The translations under genes and the position numbers were made by a program. Source: Acidobacteriota bacterium (GTDB taxonomy: Bacteria > Acidobacteriota > UBA6911 > RPQK01 > JAJDTT01). From it: 64,000 nucleotides of DNA. The stretch's first letter is position 1; every line of letters starts with the position of its first letter. The notes below the pieces were generated by a model. That model was not told where the DNA came from. It searched no databases and saw only the letters and a list, made by a program, of their open reading frames with translations. Below, piece after piece: positions 19,109 through 27,863 of the stretch. The stretch lies in contig CBDCOR010000026.1 in NCBI GenBank assembly GCA_965219855.1, forward strand, positions 134,372 through 198,371. Reading direction: 5' to 3'.

Positions 19109-19921
19109 CTATCGGGCGCTCAGTCCTCCACCCACGGTGCCATCTGGCAGCGGGATCACTTCGAACCCCAGCTTTCGAGTGGGCACACAGAGGACGCGAG
19201 GAGTTCCAACCAGCAACCCTTGGGCCCCGAATTGGTTGCTGATCTCGGTCCCGCCAACAAACGTATTGGCAGTCGTCATGGAATAACAGGTCAGGTGTGC
19301 CCCTTCATTGCTGATCGGGGCAATGAAATCCGTGTGCAGCTTCTCAGCCGGGTTGCAGAACGCCACGGGTGTCCGTACTCGATGACGCGTCGCAGGCGTT
19401 ATGAACTGGTCGCTCAAGCCCACACTCGGTCTTCTGACTCGGCGTCCAATGGCCCTGTAACACTTGAAGTGATCGAGGTCCAGAGGGGCGTCGTGAACAC
19501 CCTTCTTGGTCGGAACAGCCAGAAAAAGGGACTCATGGAGCCGTAACGACTGCTCGCCGAACTGATTCCGAATCTTGACCACGCGCTGTGGTTCGCGCTT
19601 TTCAGCACGTATCCAGTAGAAGGTCAAATGCTGCCTAGTGTCTCTGACGCCGAACGTTTCCCTGTTGTGAACCTTTCTGGTGGGATTGCAGAACCAATTC
19701 GCTCCGAGGACGCGTACCTTCTCGAACCGGTCGCTGAGGTTAGTGCTGAGGCTAAGGGTGAACTGATCGAATAAGCCGACGCCAGCCTCAACCTCAGGAT
19801 TGGCTCGAAGAACGGGATAGCACTGGAAGTGCTCCAGTCGGGGTGGTGCCTCGATCACCCCTGCGCTGAGAGTTCCGGTGAATGAGAGGACGAACACGAT
19901 CCAACAAAGATGCTTCGCCAT
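19109..19921 (-). CDS. Secreted protein of four tandem ~50-70-aa Cys-containing repeats (HxxCY...QF...FCNPxxK); unknown family
   Basis: Signal peptide MAKHLCWIVFVLSFTGTLSAGV with GGAGAAGGAG RBS. Repeats: LEHFQCY..WFCNPTRKVH / RQHLTFY..LAVPTKKGVH / LDHFKCY..AFCNPAEKLH / GAHLTCY..VLCVPTRKLG. Confidence 0.55.
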   Translation of the reverse strand: MAKHLCWIVFVLSFTGTLSAGVIEAPPRLEHFQCYPVLRANPEVEAGVGLFDQFTLSLSTNLSDRFEKVRVLGANWFCNPTRKVHNRETFGVRDTRQHLTFYWIRAEKREPQRVVKIRNQFGEQSLRLHESLFLAVPTKKGVHDAPLDLDHFKCYRAIGRRVRRPSVGLSDQFITPATRHRVRTPVAFCNPAEKLHTDFIAPISNEGAHLTCYSMTTANTFVGGTEISNQFGAQGLLVGTPRVLCVPTRKLGFEVIPLPDGTVGGGLSAR

Positions 19922-20050
19922 TGGTGCTCCTTCTCCTCCCCTTGAAAATACCGTCTCCTCCCCTTGGATTCGGACGCCAGGATCGGCGTCGTGTAGTGGC
20001 GGAAGGGTATACAAAGCCACCACCCTTGTCAAACCCATTTCGGAGTAAGG

Positions 20051-20569
20051 TTATGGGGCACAGCCTGAGCCGCGTCGGGTCCGCTGGATTGGTGATGCGT
20101 TGAAGACGTGACAGAGGGCCACTGCCAGCGCGTCCGAAGCGTCGTAGGGTTGGGGCTTTTCCTTCAAGTTCAGTAGGATGCGAACCATCGTCTGGGTCTG
20201 CTCTTTGTCCGCCCTTCCGTATCCGGATACGGATTTCTTGATTTCCAATGGAGAGTATTCAACCAGGGGGATCCCCAGCTGGGCGGCCGCCAGGAGGATG
20301 ACCCCACGGGCATGCCCCAGTTGAAGGGCGCTCCGGGCGTTCACAGCGTGAAAGACCTGTTCGACGGCAACAACGGAGGGCGAATACTCCTCGAGCAGCT
20401 TGGCCAGCTCTTCGTGAATTCTTCTGAGACGCTCTGGGAAAGGCGCTCCCTTGCTCAGGTTGGAGCCCTTGATGGCGCCGTATTTGACACACTGAAGACG
20501 GCTTCCCTGGCTCGAGACCACCCCATAGCCGGTGACCCGGCTACCAGGGTCAACGCCCATGATGACCAT
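20051..20569 (-). CDS. ruvC: Crossover junction endodeoxyribonuclease RuvC
   Basis: MVIMGVDPGSRVTGYGVV...; RuvC catalytic Asp positions and length. Confidence 0.85.
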   Translation of the reverse strand: MVIMGVDPGSRVTGYGVVSSQGSRLQCVKYGAIKGSNLSKGAPFPERLRRIHEELAKLLEEYSPSVVAVEQVFHAVNARSALQLGHARGVILLAAAQLGIPLVEYSPLEIKKSVSGYGRADKEQTQTMVRILLNLKEKPQPYDASDALAVALCHVFNASPIQRTRRGSGCAP

Positions 20570-20754
20570 ATCGAAATGATACTCGGCCTAGCTGACGGAA
20601 GGCCAGAATGTGAGAGTGAACCCGACATTCAGACGGCGCCGAATCGATCAACCCGGTATACAATTGCGCCGGCATTCGAGAGACTGTGGGAGGGCAAACT
20701 CCGCCCAGGTGGTTTCCTTCTCGGCTCGCCTCTTCAAGTGACGTGTCCAACAAG

Positions 20755-21801
20755 ATGCTAATTGAAGCCTACAAGCTTCGCACACTGGTGGCCGACATCC
20801 TCAGGGCCAAGGATGTGCGGCCGGAGGAAGCGGAACTGGTGGCGGATCAGCTGGTGGAATCCAACCTCGTCGGATACGACTCGCACGGGGTTATTCGCGT
20901 GGCGCGTTACGTCAAAGCGATCGAAAGGGGCGAGATCAATGTCAATTCGAGCATCCAGGTGACCCGCAAATCCCCCTCTTCGCTGACGATCGACGGGGAT
21001 TGGGGACTGGGCCAGGTGGTGGCCGGCGAAGCCCTGAGCCTGGCCATCGAGGGCGCGGCCAGGCAGGGAATGTGCCATGCCGGGGTACTCAACTGCAACG
21101 ATGTGGGGCGTCTCGGTGCCTACACTACGCATGCCGCGAGGAGGGATTTCGTGGCAATCATGATGATCAATGACGGAGGTGCCAATCCGCATGTGCCACC
21201 TTGGGGCGGAGGAAGCCCGCTGCTGAGTACCAATCCGATTGCCGCCTCGTTTCCGCAGGAAGGGCGCGAGCCGCTGGGGATCGATTTGTCCACCAGCATC
21301 TGGGCGGGAGGAAAGATCCAGGTCGCCATGAAACGGGGAGAGAGGTTGCCGGACGGCGTCCTCATCGATTCCGAGGGTAGGCCCACAAACGACGCCGAGG
21401 ATTTCTTCGGCGTCCCCCCCGGCGCCGTGCTACCACTCGGATCACCGGTTGCGGGGCACAAGGGCTTCGCCCTCGGCCTGATGGTCGACATCCTTGCAGG
21501 AGCATTGAGCGGAGCGGGATGCAGTGGCAGCGGAGGCAGAGATGCACAAGGTATCTTCCTTCTCCTGATGGACGTCGATGCCGTGACGAATCGAGACACG
21601 TTCAACACCCACGTCCGTGGGCTTACCGATGCGATCAGATCGGCACCCGTCGCACGAGGATTTGATGAAATTCGTATCCCGAGTGAACGGCAACGCTCGA
21701 TCAAGCAGGAGAGACTGGATAAGGGCATTGAGATCGAGGACCTGACTTGGTCGGAGCTTGCCCAAGTCGCCCATGAACTGGGAGTCGACGCGCCACCTTA
21801 G
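20755..21801 (+). CDS. Ldh_2 family (malate/L-lactate/ureidoglycolate/sulfolactate-type) oxidoreductase
   Basis: Length and the motifs SHGVIRV...GGANPHVPPWGG...HKGFALGLMVDIL are typical of the Ldh_2 family. Start taken at MLIEAYKL. Confidence 0.65.
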   Translation: MLIEAYKLRTLVADILRAKDVRPEEAELVADQLVESNLVGYDSHGVIRVARYVKAIERGEINVNSSIQVTRKSPSSLTIDGDWGLGQVVAGEALSLAIEGAARQGMCHAGVLNCNDVGRLGAYTTHAARRDFVAIMMINDGGANPHVPPWGGGSPLLSTNPIAASFPQEGREPLGIDLSTSIWAGGKIQVAMKRGERLPDGVLIDSEGRPTNDAEDFFGVPPGAVLPLGSPVAGHKGFALGLMVDILAGALSGAGCSGSGGRDAQGIFLLLMDVDAVTNRDTFNTHVRGLTDAIRSAPVARGFDEIRIPSERQRSIKQERLDKGIEIEDLTWSELAQVAHELGVDAPP

Positions 21802-21984
21802 GGTCTGCGCAAGAATAACTTGGCATTTTGGCATCCCGGCTTCACACCATCTTCGGCCGCTCCTCGATCGCGAAATCCTCAACGTAGACCTGGCTACGCC
21901 TGCGGTTTCGCTCGATCGTTCGCGGCCAAATCTGATGCAAATCCGAGCGCCAATTCTACCAAGTTATTCTTGCGCAGACCCTTA
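21799..21984. repeat. 186-bp MITE-like element with 25-bp near-perfect terminal inverted repeats (AAGGGTCTGCGCAAGAATAACTTGG)
   Basis: The terminal repeats were read directly. It is immediately followed by the palindrome GTACACTGGAATTCCAGTGCAC (21986-22008), a relative of the palindrome at 53716-53757. Confidence 0.7.
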
Positions 21985-22468
21985 GTACACTGGAATTCCA
22001 GTGCACTTAGTGAGACGCCCCGGGGGAGCTTCTTTTCACCTGAAGGCGAGGGGTTTCACCCTCCTCGATGGGGAGACTAACTGTCGTCGGAGAAAGCCTC
22101 GTAGAGCCCGTCGGGACCAGGCGCTTGAGTTCTTCAGACCAGTTGAGGACGACGTTGATTTAGCTCGGTTACCCCTGTTGGATGAGCACGAACTGCTGGT
22201 CGTCCGGGGCGATGTCGTAAGGCAGAAGGCGATCGAGCTAGTTGGGATTAGGTTGGAGGTCGGAGGCCGCCCGAAACGTGGGCCCGGGAAGCCGTCGTTG
22301 AACCTTACCTTGATGCTCTAATTCTAATCCCGTTCATCCTCATCCACCTTCCAGGAGCGTCTGTCCGTGGCTATCGGCTCTTCCCAGGAGCCGGACTGCC
22401 GGAAGTCAAATCGGTTCATTTCGAGGATGACATCAATTCCGAGATGGCTGCAACGCTCGCAGGGGAGA

Positions 22469-23227
22469 TCATTCGGTAATGACTTTTCCACGCGCTTTGA
22501 TTTGCTTCATGGCCACCGAGTCGCAAAGGACCACATCATTTGCTGCGAAAGAGGGGTTCTCCTTGGGCCACCAATATTCCCGAAAGAAGTGAGACTCACC
22601 AACAAAGGGTGCCAGAAAGCCGCGCGCCCTTTCCAAAAACAACTTACTGACGGAGACCACCGCTATCAGAGACGGTTTGTCCAACTGACGGATCATCTGA
22701 ACATGCTCCTTCGGCTCACAGATCGTGAGTTGATAAGGAGGACGCTCCCGAGGCAGGAACGCCTCGATCCGCGGACCCATACCCGGCAAGAATGTGACAA
22801 GGGCTCCGACTCCCAGCTCGGGATCTGATGCGAGGTCCTCCGGCAGGCTTTCCTTGATCGGACAACGCAACTCTTCCTCCAGCTCTGCTTTCAAGATTCG
22901 ACACATTCCCGGATCAGTTGAGACTACCAGAAGGTGATCTGGCGGCTGGATTCGCAGACGCCCCCAGACCCGTTGGCGAAGCTCTTCCATCGTGTACCCA
23001 CTCTCACGAGCCACTCGGATTGTGAGATTGATCAGACCATCCAGGTCCTGAGTTGGGGGCACGAGCTCCTCCACCGAAGCCACCTGCATAAGCTTCCCAG
23101 ACTTCGCGAGGTGGCCGATTGGGAGCCTTTGACCACGAAGGTCACGGTGGCAACCTGGCGGGCTCCCGACAGCGCCGTGCCCCACTCGATTCCCAACCTC
23201 CGGAGCCAATTGCTGGAAGGGCCCCAT
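22469..23227 (-). CDS. Hypothetical protein (possibly real from an internal start near 23000); overlaps the M24-like gene on the other strand
   Basis: The ORF is 252 aa with no recognised domain. The upstream ~150 bp overlap the convincing M24 homology on the + strand. Long antisense ORFs are common at this GC content. Confidence 0.3.
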   Translation of the reverse strand: MGPFQQLAPEVGNRVGHGAVGSPPGCHRDLRGQRLPIGHLAKSGKLMQVASVEELVPPTQDLDGLINLTIRVARESGYTMEELRQRVWGRLRIQPPDHLLVVSTDPGMCRILKAELEEELRCPIKESLPEDLASDPELGVGALVTFLPGMGPRIEAFLPRERPPYQLTICEPKEHVQMIRQLDKPSLIAVVSVSKLFLERARGFLAPFVGESHFFREYWWPKENPSFAANDVVLCDSVAMKQIKARGKVITE

Positions 23228-23758
23228 GTCGGATTGGCACTGACCCGGATCAACGGTTATGCAGCTGAAGCCGAACGTACCTACTTCACCTCCCCACCAT
23301 CAGCCGAGATCACCGAGGCATTCGACGCCATGATGGAGGCCCGTCGGATTGCCTTCGAGATGATTCGGCCGGGAGTTCGGTGCCATGAGCTTGATGCCAC
23401 CATCAACGAGTTTCTGAGTCAGGAAGGCTATCAGACGGAAGACCAACGGCTGCATCGTCTCGGGCATGGGCTGGGCCTAGGAAACCACGAGGCCCCTTGG
23501 CTGTCGGAGGGTAGCGAAGATCGTCTCTGCGAGAACATGGTGATCAGCATCGAGCCCGGAATCTATCTGCAGGAGATTGGCGGAGTGCGCCATTCAGATA
23601 CAGTTCTGGTTACGCAGGATGGCTTCCAACTACTCACTGTCTATCCGAGGAATATGGACTCCCTCGTTATCCAGGGTTGGAGATCACTTCCCAGAGTCAA
23701 AGGATGGTTGGTTCAGCGAGCGTTCCACCTGAGCCGGAGGGCAAACGGATCGACCTAA
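22934..23758 (+). CDS. M24 (pita-bread) family protein, single catalytic domain; several metal-ligand positions appear substituted
   Basis: VTVATWRAPDSAVPH...GYAAEAERTYF...HRLGHGLGLGNHEAPWL...MVISIEPGIYL...GGVRHSDTVLVTQDG aligns to the prolidase/PepP catalytic domain. By my hand alignment, the Asp before GY, the Asp in GYxxD and the Glu in RIED are T/R, E and S respectively. Confidence 0.55.
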   Translation: MIWRLDSQTPPDPLAKLFHRVPTLTSHSDCEIDQTIQVLSWGHELLHRSHLHKLPRLREVADWEPLTTKVTVATWRAPDSAVPHSIPNLRSQLLEGPHVGLALTRINGYAAEAERTYFTSPPSAEITEAFDAMMEARRIAFEMIRPGVRCHELDATINEFLSQEGYQTEDQRLHRLGHGLGLGNHEAPWLSEGSEDRLCENMVISIEPGIYLQEIGGVRHSDTVLVTQDGFQLLTVYPRNMDSLVIQGWRSLPRVKGWLVQRAFHLSRRANGST

Positions 23759-23895
23759 TCCGTTTACCAGCGAAGGTGATGTGGTGGCATACGCAAAGCT
23801 CTCAGACACGACTGCTTGGGCTCTTTCACTTCACGTAACTTTCAGCGTGGGTTAGAGGGCAGAATGTTAACAGGAATTGGTGTCTGTCCGCTCTT

Positions 23896-24459
23896 ATGAT
23901 CGATGCAGGATGCATGCCTCGGGAGGATCTGCCGATGGGAAAGATATTGGTGGGATTGCTCGCTGTTCTTCTGGCGCTGGCCGCTGCCCTCGTAATCCGA
24001 ACATTCACGCATCCCTGGAGGGAGCAGGCCCAGGTTCAGCAGTCCAAGGTCCAGGTCGATTCGGGTCTAATGGCCGCACACTTGGCGGAGGTGCTGCGCT
24101 TCCGAACCGTTTCCCAAGAACACACGGACGGGAATCACAGGGACGCCCTGCTGGCGTTACATGAATGCCTTGAGACGACCTATCCTGCAATCCACCGCGT
24201 GCTCAGACGGGAGGTCGTTAATCGCTACAGCTTGCTCTACACCTGGGAGGGACAGGATCCTTCCCTGGATCCAGTCATGCTCCTAGCACACATGGACGTG
24301 GTGCCGGCCGAGCCGGCCGGATGGAGCAGACCGCCCTTTGAAGGTGCGATTTCCGATCGCTTTGTCTGGGGACGGGGGGCGCTCGACATGAAAGGCATCC
24401 TCGTAGCCATGATGGAATCAATGGAGCATCTCATCGCCATCGCTCAAACACTTGCTTGA
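23896..24459 (+). pseudogene. N-terminal fragment of an M20 family peptidase/deacylase (truncated)
   Basis: HMDVVPAEPAGWSRPPFEGAISDRFVWGRGALDMKG is the M20 metal-binding region. The ORF stops after 187 aa, no M20 C-terminus follows in any frame, and IS21 copy A begins 210 bp downstream. Confidence 0.6.
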
Positions 24460-25211
24460 AAGAGCAGATATTGGCGGGCGATGGACAGGACCTCAGGCAT
24501 CTGAAGAGATCATGAAAACGACCTTCGACATCTTCAAAAACTATTCGTACCTGCTTCAGATGCAGAGGTAGTTGCTGTGAATGCTGCCCTATCCCATGCC
24601 AATGTTGCTTTCGAAAAGGTAGGGACTGCCCAGGGTTCCCCGTGCAACGCCCTGGTCCGAGGCAGGTCTGTCGGGGGCCACTTCAAAAGCGGCCAGGCGG
24701 GGCCGGGTCAAAAGCGGCCAGTGATTCAGTAGTTATATCCTCCGGTTCGAGTCATTTCAATCCCTTGTGAAGCCCTCCCCGCGAAGCGGGGGGAGGAGGC
24801 TTTGTTGTGTGTTCAGCCGTAGAAGCGGTGGGAACTGTGGGAAACTCCGTCCGGAGGAGTTTTCCAAGCGCTGTGGGAACGGTGGAAAAACTCGCCTCCT
24901 GGAGTCGTCTTCGCGAGGCAGCCGTTTTCCCACGGTTTCCATAGCGCGGCAGTTTCCACGGCTTTCCGGGGGTGTTGGGGGAAACTCGAGAAGCCTGGCT
25001 TCCATGGTCTCTGCTTGGTTTCAACGACACGGCTTCTTCCTGGCTTCCTTTTTTCAAAAAACATTCGCTCAGAGGCCCCTCAAGCAATGAGCTCTGCCCC
25101 ACCCTGTCCTGACCCCTCCCTCGGAGCGGGCAATCTACGAAGCCTGGGGCTGAGTCCCAGGGTCTGCGAGTAGGGGACAAGCCCGCACTCACAGCACTCG
25201 CCTCGCAGGTG

Positions 25212-25985
25212 TCATTTCTCTTTCCCTCGCTTCGGGGTGGATTTCTCTCGTTGCTGTCGCTCGTAGAGGCGATAGCTCTTGCCCCGAATGAAGGTGACTT
25301 CCGAAGTGTGCAGGAAGCGGTCCAGCAGCGCCGAGGTGGCCGCCGTATCTCCTCCCAGCATCGCGCCCCAGTCCTCCAGGGGTCGATTCGAACTGAGGAT
25401 CGTCGAGGTCTTCTGGTATCGGCGGTGCAGGATCTCCAACAGATCTTCTGCCGCCGACTCCGGCACTCTGCGGAGTCCCAGATCCTCGAGGATCAGCAGC
25501 GGGATCCGGGTCATCTCCGTAATGTAAGATCGGCGTCTGCCGGTGGCCGTGGCTTCGGCGATGTCTTCCAGCAGATCGAAAGCCGACTTGTACTGCACCC
25601 GGTGACCGGCTTCGACCGCCTTGATCCCGACGGTGATGATCAGATGGCTCTTGCCGACTCCGGTCTGACCGATGACCAACCAGCCGCGGCGCTGTTGGAT
25701 GAATCGGCCGGTAGCCAGATCGAAGATCTGCTGCCGGTTGATGGAGGGGTTAAAGGAGAAGTTAAAGTCCTCCAAGTGCTTTTGTTCCGGAAACTGGGCC
25801 TGGCGCAAACGTCGCTCCAACAGCCGGTCCCGACGGCGGGTCAGCTCGTCATCAATCAGCAGCTCAAAGAACTCCTGATGGCTGAGCCTTCCCTGGACGG
25901 CTTGTTGCAGGCGAACGTCAAAGACCTGAGCCAGGCCCGAGAGCCGGAGGTGACGAAGTTTTCGTTCCAGTTCTGATGAGATCAT
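25212..25985 (-). CDS. istB: IS21-family helper ATPase IstB
   Basis: IGQTGVGKSHL Walker A, 257 aa; overlaps istA by 4 nt. Confidence 0.85.
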   Translation of the reverse strand: MISSELERKLRHLRLSGLAQVFDVRLQQAVQGRLSHQEFFELLIDDELTRRRDRLLERRLRQAQFPEQKHLEDFNFSFNPSINRQQIFDLATGRFIQQRRGWLVIGQTGVGKSHLIITVGIKAVEAGHRVQYKSAFDLLEDIAEATATGRRRSYITEMTRIPLLILEDLGLRRVPESAAEDLLEILHRRYQKTSTILSSNRPLEDWGAMLGGDTAATSALLDRFLHTSEVTFIRGKSYRLYERQQREKSTPKRGKEK

Positions 25986-27478
25986 TCTGGTTCTCCTGTG
26001 GGATCGGTGATCTGGTACTCGGACAGCGGTCGGATCAACTCGTGCTCGGAGGTAAACAAAGAGCGCTGCGGCACGTCCAGTCGCTTACACAAAGCCACCA
26101 GAGTCCGGTAGCGGAAGGCGTCATGTGCGAGCGCCTTGCCGCAGGCTTCGTCGACGACCGAAGCGCGGTAGCGGCGGGTCAGCGAGATCATGCCCTGCAC
26201 GAGTCGGTAGGCGAGCATGTCTCGGACCTCCAGAGCTCGCTCGGCCCAGCGGTGCGCCTCTGGACCCACGGCTCGGGCTTGCTTCAGCAGATGATGCTCG
26301 GTTCGATAGTGCGCGTAGCGTTTGCGTTCCGGAAGATGGCTCGTTTCGGTTCGGAATCTCCCCGGCGGGTGCTTCGGATGCAGGGCCACCTGTTGCTCAC
26401 GAAAGAAGACGCGGACGATACGATCATCCCAGTGCACGGCGACTTCACAACCGAGCAGATGATTGGGCACCGAGTAGAACGCTCGGTCGACTTCGATGTG
26501 GCCATCGGTGGAGACCGTTCGACGGCCCACGCGGAAGAAACTGAAGCGGGAATCCGGAAGCGGTCGGAGATGCTTCTGTTCTTCGACAAAGCGGGGCCAG
26601 ACCTGCTGCTTGGTGGTGCCGTGGATGCGCTGGCGGGCGATTCGCTCGTTCCAACTCTGCAGATGCTCATTCTGCGCATCCAGGCTCTCGAAGCGGCGAG
26701 CTTTGAGCGCGCTGGAGTCGGTATATCCGATGCTTCTTTCGACTTTTCCGTTCTCGTTCGGAGCGCCCGGATGGATGGGCAGCACGGCGAAGCCGTAGTG
26801 GCGAGCGAGCGCACTGAAGACGGCATTGACCTCGGGGTCCACCAAGCAAGCCCGGGTGATCCCGGCCTTGAGGTTATCGAGGCGAACCACCTCCACGCCG
26901 CCTCCAAAAGCGTGAAAAGCCTCCTCGACACAGCGGATGAACGTCTTCAGTTCCTGCCGCCAGACGACTTCCTCATAGGAGTGGCGCGAGTGGCAGAGGA
27001 CGGCCTTGAACAGATGAGGACGGCGGTAACGACCCGATTCGGTCCGAGTCAGGGCTCCTTTGCCGAAGTCGATCTGCAGGTCCCGACCGGGGGGAGTTTC
27101 CACCCGAGCAAACACGCGAGGACTCTCCGCCTTGAGCTTTCCACAGAAGCGCTTGACGGAGTTGTAGGCTCCCCCGAATCCCTGCTCGAAGACCAGGTCC
27201 TGCCAGATCCGCTTGGCCTGCAATCCCTGCTGGAGTTTCTTTTCAATCTGCTCCCGAAAGGGCTCACAGAAGCTGCGCAGACCCGGGGGCCGCTTTGGCC
27301 GCTTTTGCTCCTCCGAGCCGGGGGCCGCTTTGGCCGGTTTTGAATCTCGGGAGGGATCATAGCGGGCAATCCTCTCTCGTCGGACTCCCACCTCTCGCTC
27401 GATCCGACGATACGACCAGCCCAGCTTCAGGAGCGCCAAAACCGTTTGCTTCTTTTCCATTTTCAATGTATTGGCCAT
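25982..27478 (-). CDS. istA: IS21-family transposase IstA (intact, 498 aa)
   Basis: N-terminal HTH (TVLALLKLGWSYRRIEREVGV) plus a DDE integrase core. The copy-B version is the same protein with an internal deletion. Confidence 0.85.
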   Translation of the reverse strand: MANTLKMEKKQTVLALLKLGWSYRRIEREVGVRRERIARYDPSRDSKPAKAAPGSEEQKRPKRPPGLRSFCEPFREQIEKKLQQGLQAKRIWQDLVFEQGFGGAYNSVKRFCGKLKAESPRVFARVETPPGRDLQIDFGKGALTRTESGRYRRPHLFKAVLCHSRHSYEEVVWRQELKTFIRCVEEAFHAFGGGVEVVRLDNLKAGITRACLVDPEVNAVFSALARHYGFAVLPIHPGAPNENGKVERSIGYTDSSALKARRFESLDAQNEHLQSWNERIARQRIHGTTKQQVWPRFVEEQKHLRPLPDSRFSFFRVGRRTVSTDGHIEVDRAFYSVPNHLLGCEVAVHWDDRIVRVFFREQQVALHPKHPPGRFRTETSHLPERKRYAHYRTEHHLLKQARAVGPEAHRWAERALEVRDMLAYRLVQGMISLTRRYRASVVDEACGKALAHDAFRYRTLVALCKRLDVPQRSLFTSEHELIRPLSEYQITDPTGEPE

Positions 27479-27574
27479 CGGCGCATCCTACGCCGGATGC
27501 GGCCCTCAATGGCTCTTGAAAATGGCCGGTTTTGAAGTGGCCCTCACTGGCCGCTTTTGGGTGGCCCCTGACAG

Positions 27575-27862
27575 CAGGTCGGACGAAATGCCCGTTACGA
27601 TCATGGTCATCTCGAGCAGCTCAGGCAGATCTCGATTCTTAAGGAGAAAGGGCTAACTTTGTCCGAGATTGCGGTCCAGTTGACTGGGGAGCGGAAAGAG
27701 CCGGCCCTTCCCCCGCCGACCAGCTGGCTTGAATTCGGAATCTCGAACGACGTCAGCGTGATAGTGCGAAGTGAGGTGGTGCCCTGGCGGATGCGAAAGA
27801 TTCGCCGGTGGTTGGCAGACAGCAGCCGATGGCTTGAGGAGCCCACGCAGAAGGAGGATTGA
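27575..27862 (+). pseudogene. 3' part of a small MerR-like HTH regulator gene split by IS21 copy A; ends 1 nt before the vWA gene
   Basis: Reading across the target-site duplication gives ...GFPVQRPGPRQVGRNARYDHGHLEQLRQISILKEKGLTLSEIAVQL. This matches the MerR pattern GLLPP.R...GYR.Y...DLERLRFI...LGFSLEEI. The first HTH helix is not recognisable upstream of the IS. Confidence 0.35.
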
Positions 27863-27863
27863 A

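Larger units (their letters stand above)
24670..27574 (-). mobile_element. IS21-family insertion sequence, copy A (intact), with a 7-bp target-site duplication GCAGGTC
   Basis: Ends TGTCGGGGGCCAC.../...GTGGCCCCTGACA. GCAGGTC abuts both ends. It is near-identical to 50944-53715 in inverted orientation. GGCCGCTTTTGA-type sub-terminal repeats are present. Confidence 0.85.
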
